From the human T2T-CHM13v2.0 reference genome, Homo sapiens, in the NCBI RefSeq assembly GCF_009914755.1, contig NC_060948.1: a stretch of 64,000 bases of DNA; one strand, 5' to 3'. The notes beneath the pieces are model-generated. The model did no database searches. It had not been told where the DNA came from and was given only the letters and a program-made list of their open reading frames with translations. The translations under genes and the position numbers were made by a program. Position 1 is the stretch's first letter. Every line of letters starts with the position of its first letter. Positions 1-11,499 of this stretch are shown one piece after another.

Positions 1-1373
1 CGAAAGAAATGGATTGGAATGGAATGGTCTCCAATGGAATGGACTGGAGTGGAATGGAATCGAATGGAAAGAAAAGAATGGAACGGAATGGAACGGAAAG
101 GAATAGAATGTTATGGAATCCGATTGGACAGAATGGAATGGAATGCAGTTTCATGAAATGAAGTCGAATAGAGTGGCATCAAAAGGAATGGAATGGAGTG
201 GACTCAAAAGGAATGGACTCGAAAGGAATGGAGTCGAACCAAATTGAATCAAATGGATTGGAGTCGAACAGAATGGAATGGAATGGAATGAACTCGACTG
301 GAGTAGAGAGGAATGAAAAGGAATAGAATGGAATGTAATCAAATGGATTGCAAGTGAATGGAATCAAAAATAATAGAAAGGAATGGAGTGTAAAGGGATG
401 ATATTGAATTAAATGGAATGGAATGGAATTTAATGGAATGGAGTCGAAGGAATGGACAGGAATGTAATGGACTCCAATGGAATGGAATGGATCAAAATGG
501 ATTTGAACAGATTGGAATGGAACGGAATGGAATGCAATGAAATGGAGTGGACTCGATCAGAACGGACTGGAGAGGAATGTACACAAATGGAATGGAAACG
601 AAAGGAATGGAATGAAATGGAATGGAATGCAATGGAATTGAAAGGAACGGAATCAAATGGAATGGAATGGAATGGAATGGATTGGAATAGAATGGATTCA
701 AATAAAATAGAATCGATTGCAATGGTATTGAATGGAAGGGACTTGAATGGAATGGAAAGCAATGGAAGATATTGGAATCGAATGGCATCGAATGAAATGG
801 AATGGAACGGAATGGAACGGACCCGAATGGAATGGAATGGACTCAAATGTAATGGACTCGAATGGAATCGACTGAAATATAATAGACTCGAAAGGAATGG
901 CCTCAAGCGGAATTTATTTGAATAGAATGGAATCAAATGGAATACAATAGTATAGAATGGAATCGAATGGAATGGAATCGAATGGAATGTAATCAAATGG
1001 AATGGAACGGAATTCAATATAATGGAGTAGAATGGAATGCATTGGAAAGGAGCAGAGTGGAATCGAGTGGATTGGAATCGAGTGGAATGGAATCAAAGGG
1101 AACGAAATCGAATTGAATGGACTTGAATGGAATTGAGTCGAAAGGAATTGACTCGAAAGGAATGGACTGGAACAAAAAGGAATCAAATGGACAGGAATGG
1201 AATGGAATGGACTCGAATGGAATGGAGTCAAATGCAAACGCATCGAATGGAATGGATTCAAATGGAATGCAATTGAATGGAATAGAAAGGAAGAGAATGG
1301 AATTGAGAGTAATGGAAAGATATCGATTGGAATGAAATGGAATGGAAAGGAATTGAATGGAAAGGAATGGACT
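1..1373 (+). repeat. Representative 1373-bp unit of the array (about 46.6 tandem copies in the window)
   Basis: Landmarks recur at 1373/1378-bp spacing: gcagtttcatgaaat, caaaaataatagaaagg, gtaaagggatgatattgaattaaat, gtacacaaat, gcggaatttatttgaat, gcaaacgcat and one GAATTC per unit. The 47 'MIT..HSIPF' ORF anchors (342, 1715, 3088 ... 63624) give intervals of 29x1373, 14x1378, 1x1372, 1x1398 and 1x1403. Confidence 0.97.
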
Positions 1374-4300
1374 CGAAAGAAATGGATTGGAATGGAATGG
1401 TCTCCAATGGAATGGACTGGAGTGGAATGCAATCGAATGGAAAGAAAAGAATGGAACGGAATGGAACGGAAAGGAATAGAATGTTATGGAATCCGATTGG
1501 ACAGAATGGAATGGAATGCAGTTTCATGAAATGGAGTCGAATAGAGTGTCATGAAAAGGAATGGAATGGAGTGGACTCAAAAGGAATGGACTCGAAAGGA
1601 ATGGAGTCGAACCAAATTGAATCAAATGGATTGGAGTCGAACAGAATGGAATGGAATGGAATGAACTCGACTGGAGAAGAGAGGAATGAAAAGGAATAGA
1701 ATGGAATGTAATCAAATGGATTGCAAGTGAATGGAATCAAAAATAATAGAAAGGAATGGAGCGTAAAGGGATGATATTGAATTAAATGGAATGGAATGGA
1801 ATTTAATGGAATGGAGTCGAAGGAATGGACAGGAATGTAATGGACTCCTATGGAATGGAATGGATCAAAATGGATTTGAACAGATTGGAATCGAACGGAA
1901 TGGAATGCAATGAAATGGAATGGACTCGATCAGAACGGACTGGAGAGGAATGTACACAAATGGAATGGAAACGAAAGGAATGCAATGAAAAGGAATGGAA
2001 TGCAATGGAATTGAAAGGAACGGAATCAAATGGAATGGAATGGAATGGAATGGATTGGAATAGAATGGATTCAAATAAAATAGAATAGATTGCAATGGTA
2101 TTGAATGGAAGGGTCTTGAATGGAATGGAAAGCAATGGAAGATATTGGATTCGAATGGCATCGAATGAAATGGAATGGAACGGAATGGAACGGACCCGAA
2201 TGGTATGGAAAGGACTCAAATGTAATGGACTCGAATGGAATCGACTGAAATATAATAGACTCGAAAGGAATGTCCTCGAGCGGAATTTATTTGAATAGAA
2301 TTGAATCAAATGGAATACAATAGTATGGAATGGAATCGAATGGAATGGAATCGAATGGAATGTAATCAAATGGAATGGAACGGAATTCAATATAATGGAG
2401 TAGAATGGAATGCATTGGAAAGGAGCAGAGTGGAATCGAGTGGATTGGAATCGAGTGGAATGGAATCAAAGGGAACGAAATCGAATTGAATGGACTTGAA
2501 TGGAATTGAGTCGAAAGGAATTGACTCGAAAGGAATGGACTGGAACAAAAAGGAATCAAATGGACAGGAATGGAATGGAATGGACTCGAATGGAATGGAG
2601 TCAAATGCAAACGCATCGAATGGAATGGATTCAAATGGAATGCAATTGAATGGAATAGAAAGGAAGAGAATGGAATTGAGAGTAATGGAAAGATATCGAT
2701 TGGAATGAAATGGAATGGAAAGGAATTGAATGGAAAGGAATGGACTCGAAAGAAATGGATTGGAATGCAATGGTCTCCAATGGAATGGACTGGAGTGGAA
2801 TGGAATCGAATGGAATGAAAAGAATGGAACGGAATGGAACGGAAAGGAATAGAATGTTATGGAATCCGATTGGACAGAATGGAATGGAATGCAGTTTCAT
2901 GAAATGGAGTGGAATAGAGTGGCATCAAAAGGAATGGAATGGAGTGGACTCAAAAGGAATGGACTCGAAAGGAATGGAGTCGAACCAAATTGAATCAAAT
3001 GGATTGGAGTCGAACAGAATGGAATGGAATGGAATGAACTCGACTGGAGTAGAGAGGAATGAAAAGGAATAGAATGGAATGTAATCAAATGGATTGCAAG
3101 TGAATGGAATCAAAAATAATAGAAAGGAATGGAGTGTAAAGGGATGATATTGAATTAAATGGAATGGAATGGAATTTAATGGAATGGAGTCGAAGGAATG
3201 GACAGGAATGTAATGGACTCCAATGGAATGGAATGGATCAAAATGGATTTGAACAGATTGGAATGGAACGGAATGGAATGCAATGAAATGGAGTGGACTC
3301 GATCAGAACGGACTGGAGAGGAATGTACACAAATGGAATGGAAACGAAAGGAATGGAATGAAATGGAATGGAATGCAATGGAATTGAAAGGAACGGAATC
3401 AAATGGAATGGAATGGAATGGAATGGATTGGAATAGAATGGATTCAAATAAAATAGAATCGATTGCAATGGTATTGAATGGAAGGGACTTGAATGGAATG
3501 GAAAGCAATGGAAGATATTGGAATCGAATGGCATCGAATGAAATGGAATGGAACGGAATGGAACGGACCCGAATGGAATGGAATGGACTCAAATGTAATG
3601 GACTCGAATGGAATCGACTGAAATATAATAGACTCGAAAGGAATGGCCTCAAGCGGAATTTATTTGAATAGAATGGAATCAAATGGAATACAATAGTATA
3701 GAATGGAATCGAATGGAATGGAATCGAATGGAATGTAATCAAATGGAATGGAACGGAATTCAATATAATGGAGTAGAATGGAATGCATTGGAAAGGAGCA
3801 GAGTGGAATCGAGTGGATTGGAATCGAGTGGAATGGAATCAAAGGGAACGAAATCGAATTGAATGGACTTGAATGGAATTGAGTCGAAAGGAATTGACTC
3901 GAAAGGAATGGACTGGAACAAAAAGGAATCAAATGGACAGGAATGGAATGGAATGGACTCGAATGGAATGGAGTCAAATGCAAACGCATCGAATGGAATG
4001 GATTCAAATGGAATGCAATTGAATGGAATAGAAAGGAAGAGAATGGAATTGAGAGTAATGGAAAGATATCGATTGGAATGAAATGGAATGGAAAGGAATT
4101 GAATGGAAAGGAATGGACTCGAAAGAAATGGATTGGAATGGAATGGTCTCCAATGGAATGGACTGGAGTGGAATGCAATCGAATGGAAAGAAAAGAATGG
4201 AACGGAATGGAACGGAAAGGAATAGAATGTTATGGAATCCGATTGGACAGAATGGAATGGAATGCAGTTTCATGAAATGGAGTCGAATAGAGTGTCATGA

Positions 4301-6038
4301 AAAGGAATGGAATGGAGTGGACTCAAAAGGAATGGACTCGAAAGGAATGGAGTCGAACCAAATTGAATCAAATGGATTGGAGTCGAACAGAATGGAATGG
4401 AATGGAATGAACTCGACTGGAGAAGAGAGGAATGAAAAGGAATAGAATGGAATGTAATCAAATGGATTGCAAGTGAATGGAATCAAAAATAATAGAAAGG
4501 AATGGAGCGTAAAGGGATGATATTGAATTAAATGGAATGGAATGGAATTTAATGGAATGGAGTCGAAGGAATGGACAGGAATGTAATGGACTCCTATGGA
4601 ATGGAATGGATCAAAATGGATTTGAACAGATTGGAATCGAACGGAATGGAATGCAATGAAATGGAATGGACTCGATCAGAACGGACTGGAGAGGAATGTA
4701 CACAAATGGAATGGAAACGAAAGGAATGCAATGAAAAGGAATGGAATGCAATGGAATTGAAAGGAACGGAATCAAATGGAATGGAATGGAATGGAATGGA
4801 TTGGAATAGAATGGATTCAAATAAAATAGAATAGATTGCAATGGTATTGAATGGAAGGGTCTTGAATGGAATGGAAAGCAATGGAAGATATTGGATTCGA
4901 ATGGCATCGAATGAAATGGAATGGAACGGAATGGAACGGACCCGAATGGTATGGAAAGGACTCAAATGTAATGGACTCGAATGGAATCGACTGAAATATA
5001 ATAGACTCGAAAGGAATGTCCTCGAGCGGAATTTATTTGAATAGAATTGAATCAAATGGAATACAATAGTATGGAATGGAATCGAATGGAATGGAATCGA
5101 ATGGAATGTAATCAAATGGAATGGAACGGAATTCAATATAATGGAGTAGAATGGAATGCATTGGAAAGGAGCAGAGTGGAATCGAGTGGATTGGAATCGA
5201 GTGGAATGGAATCAAAGGGAACGAAATCGAATTGAATGGACTTGAATGGAATTGAGTCGAAAGGAATTGACTCGAAAGGAATGGACTGGAACAAAAAGGA
5301 ATCAAATGGACAGGAATGGAATGGAATGGACTCGAATGGAATGGAGTCAAATGCAAACGCATCGAATGGAATGGATTCAAATGGAATGCAATTGAATGGA
5401 ATAGAAAGGAAGAGAATGGAATTGAGAGTAATGGAAAGATATCGATTGGAATGAAATGGAATGGAAAGGAATTGAATGGAAAGGAATGGACTCGAAAGAA
5501 ATGGATTGGAATGCAATGGTCTCCAATGGAATGGACTGGAGTGGAATGGAATCGAATGGAATGAAAAGAATGGAACGGAATGGAACGGAAAGGAATAGAA
5601 TGTTATGGAATCCGATTGGACAGAATGGAATGGAATGCAGTTTCATGAAATGGAGTGGAATAGAGTGGCATCAAAAGGGATGGAATGGAGTGGACTCAAA
5701 AGGAATGGACTCGAAAGGAATGGAGTCGAACCAAATTGAATCAAATGGATTGGAGTCGAACAGAATGGAATGGAATGGAATGAACTCGACTGGAGTAGAG
5801 AGGAATGAAAAGGAATAGAATGGAATGTAATCAAATGGATTGCAAGTGAATGGAATCAAAAATAATAGAAAGGAATGGAGTGTAAAGGGATGATATTGAA
5901 TTAAATGGAATGGAATGGAATTTAATGGAATGGAGTCGAAGGAATGGACAGGAATGTAATGGACTCCAATGGAATGGAATGGATCAAAATGGATTTGAAG
6001 AGATTGGAATGGAACGGAATGGAATGCAATGAAATGGA
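166..6038 (+). repeat. Local 2746-bp (two-unit) higher-order tandem duplication
   Basis: Rare variants recur at an offset of exactly 2746, e.g. 547/3293 (gaaatggaGtgg), 905/3651 (cctcAagcgg) and 2911/5657 (ggagtGgaatag). ORF translations 430..1017 and 3176..3763 are identical, as are 1848..2390 and 4594..5136. Confidence 0.9.
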
Positions 6039-9000
6039 ATGGACTCGATCAGAACGGACTGGAGAGGAATGTACACAAATGGAATGGAAACGAAAGGAAT
6101 GGAATGAAATGGAATGGAATGCAATGGAATTGAAAGGAACGGAATCAAATGGAATGGAATGGAATGGAATGGATTGGAATAGAATGGATTCAAATAAAAT
6201 AGAATCGATTGCAATGGTATTGAATGGAAGGGACTTGAATGGAATGGAAAGCAATGGAAGATATTGGAATCGAATGGCATCGAATGAAATGGAATGGAAC
6301 GGAATGGAACGGACCCGAATGGAATGGAATGGACTCAAATGTAATGGACTCGAATGGAATCGACTGAAATATAATAGACTCGAAAGGAATGTCCTCGAGC
6401 GGAATTTATTTGAATAGAATGGAATCAAATGGAATACAATCGTATGGAATGGAATCGAATGGAATGGAATCGAATGGAATGTAATCAAATGGAATGGAAC
6501 GGAATTCAATATAATGGAGTAGAATGGAATGCATTGGAAAGGAGCAGAGTGGAATCGAGTGGATTGGAATCGAGTGGAATGGAATCAAAGGGAATGAAAT
6601 CGAATTGAAGGGACTTGAATGGAATTGAGTCGAAAGGAATTGACTCAAAAGGAATGGACTGGAACAAAAAGGAATCAAATGGACAGGAATGGAATGGAAG
6701 GGACTCGAATGGAATGGAGTCAAATGCAAACGCATCGAATGGAATGGATTCAAATGGAATGCAATTGAATGGAATAGAAAGGAAGAGAATGGAATTGAGA
6801 GTAATGGAAAGATATCGATTGGAATGAAATGGAATGGAAAGGAATTGAATGGAAAGGAATGGACTCGAAAGAAATGGATTGGAATGGAATGGTCTCCAAT
6901 GGAATGGACTGGAGTGGAATGGAATCGAATGGAAAGAAAAGAATGGAACGGAATGGAACGGAAAGGAATAGAATGTTATGGAATCCGATTGGACAGAATG
7001 GAATGGAATGCAGTTTCATGAAATGAAGTCGAATAGAGTGGCATCAAAAGGAATGGAATGGAGTGGACTCAAAAGGAATGGACTCGAAAGGAATGGAGTC
7101 GAACCAAATTGAATCAAATGGATTGGAGTCGAACAGAATGGAATGGAATGGAATGAACTCGACTGGAGTAGAGAGGAATGAAAAGGAATAGAATGGAATG
7201 TAATCAAATGGATTGCAAGTGAATGGAATCAAAAATAATAGAAAGGAATGGAGTGTAAAGGGATGATATTGAATTAAATGGAATGGAATGGAATTTAATG
7301 GAATGGAGTCGAAGGAATGGACAGGAATGTAATGGACTCCAATGGAATGGAATGGATCAAAATGGATTTGAACAGATTGGAATGGAACGGAATGGAATGC
7401 AATGAAATGGAATGGACTCGATCAGAACGGACTGGAGAGGAATGTACACAAATGGAATGGAAACGAAAGGAATGGAATGAAATGGAATGGAATGCAATGG
7501 AATTGAAAGGAACGGAATCAAATGGAATGGAATGGAATGGAATGGATTGGAATAGAATGGATTCAAATAAAACAGAATCGATTGCAATGGTATTGAATGG
7601 AAGGGACTTGAATGGAATGGAAAGCAATGGAAGAGATTGGAATCGAATGGCATCGAATGAAATGGAATGGAACGGAATGGAACGGACCCGAATGGAATGG
7701 AATGGACTCAAATGTAATGGACTCGAATGGAATCGACTGAAATATAATAGACTCGAAAGGAATGGCCTCAAGCGGAATTTATTTGAATAGAATGGAATCA
7801 AATGGAATACAATAGTATAGAATGGAATCGAATGGAATGGAATCGAATGGAATGTAATCAAATGGAATGGAACGGAATTCAATATAATGGAGTAGAATGG
7901 AATGCATTGGAAAGGAGCAGAGTGGAATCGAGTGGATTGGAATCGAGTGGAATGGAATCAAAGGGAACGAAATCGAATTGAATGGACTTGAATGGAATTG
8001 AGTCGAAAGGAATTGACTCGAAAGGAATGGACTGGAACAAAAAGGAATCAAATGGACAGGAATGGAATGGAATGGACTCGAATGGAATGGAGTCAAATGC
8101 AAACGCATCGAATGGAATGGATTCAAATGGAATGCAATTGAATGGAATAGAAAGGAAGAGAATGGAATTGAGAGTAATGGAAAGATATCGATTGGAATGA
8201 AATGGAATGGAAAGGAATTGAATGGAAAGGAATGGACTCGAAAGAAATGGATTGGAATGGAATGGTCTCCAATGGAATGGACTGGAGTGGAATGCAATCG
8301 AATGGAAAGAAAAGAATGGAACGGAATGGAACGGAAAGGAATAGAATGTTATGGAATCCGATTGGACAGAATGGAATGGAATGCAGTTTCATGAAATGGA
8401 GTCGAATAGAGTGTCATGAAAAGGAATGGAATGGAGTGGACTCAAAAGGAATGGACTCGAAAGGAATGGAGTCGAACCAAATTGAATCAAATAGATTGGA
8501 GTCGAACAGAATGGAATGGAATGGAATGAACTCGACTGGAGTAGAGAGGAATGAAAAGGAATAGAATGGAATGTAATCAAATGGATTGCAAGTGAATGGA
8601 ATCAAAAATAATAGAAAGGAATGGAGTGTAAAGGGATGATATTGAATTAAATGGAATGGAATGGAATTTAATGGAATGGAGTAGAAGGAATGGACAGGAA
8701 TGTAATGGACTCCAATGGAACGGAATGGATCAAAATGTATTTGAACAGATTGGAATCGAACGGAATGGAATGCAATGAAATGGAATGGACTCGATCAGAA
8801 CGGACTGGAGAGGAATGTACACAAATGGAATGGAAACGAAAGGAATGGAATGAAATGGAATGGAATGCAATGGAATTGAAAGGAACGGAATCAAATGGAA
8901 TCGAATGGAATGGAATGGAATGGATTGGAATAGAATGGATTCAAATAAAATAGAATCGATTGCAATGGTATTGAATGGAAGGGACTTGAATGGAATGGAA

Positions 9001-11499
9001 AGCAATGGAAGATATTGGAATCGAATGGCATCGAATGAAATGGAATGGAACGGAATGGAACGGACCCGAATGGAATGGAATGGACTCAAATATAATGGAC
9101 TCTAATGGAATCGACTGAAGTATAATAGACTCGAAAGGAATGTCCTGAAGCGGAATTTATTTGAATAGAATGGAATCAAATGGAATACAATCGTATGGAA
9201 TGGAATCGAATGGAATGGAATCGAATGGAATGTAATCAAATGGAATGGAACGGAATTCAATATAATGGAGTAGAATGGAATGCATTGGAAAGGAGCAGAG
9301 TGGAATCGAGTGGATTGGAATCGAGTGGAATGGAATCAAAGGGAACGAAATCGAATTGAATGGATTTGAATGGAATTGAGTCGAAAGGAATTGACTCGAA
9401 AGGAATGGACTGGAACAAAAAGGAATCAAATGGACAGGAATGGAATGGAAGGGACTCGAATGGAATGGAGTGAAATGCAAACGCATCGAATGGAATGGAT
9501 TCAAATGGAATGCAATTGAATGGAATAGAAAGGAAGAGAATGGAATTGAGAGTAATGGAAAGATATCGATTGGAATGAAAGGGAATGGAAAGGAATTGAA
9601 TGGAAAGGAATGGACTCGAAAGAAATGGATTGGAATGGAATGGTCTCCAATGGAATGGACTGGAGTGGAATGGAATCGAATGGAAAGAAAAGAATGGAAC
9701 GGAATGGAACGGAAAGGAATAGAATGTTATGGAATCCGATTGGACAGAATGCAATGGAATGCAGTTTCATGAAATGGAGTCGAATAGAGTGGCATCAAAA
9801 GGAATGGAATGGAGTGGACTCAAAAGGAATGGACTCGAAAGGAATGGAGTCGAACCAAATTGAATCAAATGGATTGGAGTCGAACAGAATGGAATGGAAT
9901 GGAATGAACTCGACTGGAGTAGAGAGGAATGAAAAGGAATAGAATGGAATGTAATCAAATGGATTGCAAGTGAATGGAATCAAAAATAATAGAAAGGAAT
10001 GGAGTGTAAAGGGATGATATTGAATTAAATGGAATGTAATGGAATTTAATGGAATGGAGTCGAAGGAATGGACAGGAATGTAATGGACTCCAATGGAATG
10101 GAATGGATCAAAATGGATTTGAACAGATTGGAATCGAACGGAATGGAATGCAATGAAATGGAATGGACTCGATCAGAACGGACTGGAGAGGAATGTACAC
10201 AAATGGAATGGAAACGAAAGGAATGGAATGAAATGGAATGGAATGCAATGGAATTGAAAGGAACGGAATCAAATGGAATGGAATGGAATGGAATGGATTG
10301 GAATAGAATGGATTCAAATAAAGTAGAATCGATTGCAATGGTATTGAATGGAAGGGACTTGAATGGAATGGAAAGCAATGGAAGATATTGGAATCGAATG
10401 GCATCGAATGAAATGGAATGGAACGGAATGGAACGGACCCGAATGGAATGGAATGGACTCAAATGTAATGGACTCGAATGGAATCGACTGAAATATAATA
10501 GACTCGAAAGGAATGTCCTCGAGCGGAATTTATTTGAATAGAATGGAATCAAATGGAATACAATCGTATGGAATGGTATCGAATGGAATGGAATCGAATG
10601 GAATGTAATCAAATGGAATGGAACGGAATTCAATATAATGGAGTAGAATGGAAAGCATTGGAAAGGAGCAGAGTGGAATCGAGTGGATTGGAATCGAGTG
10701 GAATGGAATCAAAGGGAACGAAATCGAATTGAATGGACTTGAATGGAATTGAGTCGAAAGGAATTGACTCGAAAGGAATGGACTGGAACAAAAAGGAATC
10801 AAATGGACAGGAATGGAATGGAATGGACTCGAATGGAATGGAGTCAAATGCAAACGCATCGAATGGAATGGATTCAAATGGAATGCAATTGAATGGAATA
10901 GAAAGGAAGAGAATGGAATTGAGAGTAATGGAAAGATATCGATTGGAATGAAATGGAATGGAAAGGAATTGAATGGAAAGGAATGGACTCGAAAGAAATG
11001 GATTGGAATGGAATGGTCTCCAATGGAATGGACTGGAGTGGAATGCAATCGAATGGAAAGAAAAGAACGGAACGGAATGGAACGGAAAGGAATAGAATGT
11101 TATGGAATCCGATTGAACAGAATGGAATGGAATGCAGTTTCATGAAATGGAGTCGAATAGAGTGGCATGAAAAGGAATGGAATGGAGTGGACTCAAAAGG
11201 AATAGACTCGAAAGGAATGGAGTCGAACCAAATTGAATCAAATAGATTGGAGTCGAACAGAATGGAATGGAATGGAATGAACTCGACTGGAGTAGAGAGG
11301 AATGAAAAGGAATAGAATGGAATGTAATCAAATGGATTGCAAGTGAATGGAATCAAAAATAATAGAAAGGAATGGAGTGTAAAGGGATGATATTGAATTA
11401 AATGGAATGGAATGGAATTTAATGGAATGGAGTAGAAGGAATGGACAGGAATGTAATGGACTCCAATGGAACGGAATGGATCAAAATGTATTTGAACAG

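Noticed and set aside
330-415. DUX4-like motifs (gaatgtaatca, atattgaatta)
   Set aside because: Both mismatch the TAAYBBAATCA consensus at core positions, which is too weak to call from sequence alone.
691-720. AATAAA (tcaaataaaatag) once per unit as a polyadenylation signal
   Set aside because: Such a hexamer is expected from pentamer decay in A-rich sequence. There is no clear GU/U-rich downstream element and no transcript evidence is available.
452-925. Recurrent 157-aa + strand ORF (MDRNVMDSNG...) as a tandem gene family
   Set aside because: It is frameshifted in every 1378-bp unit and truncated by stops in others, so there is no sign of coding constraint.
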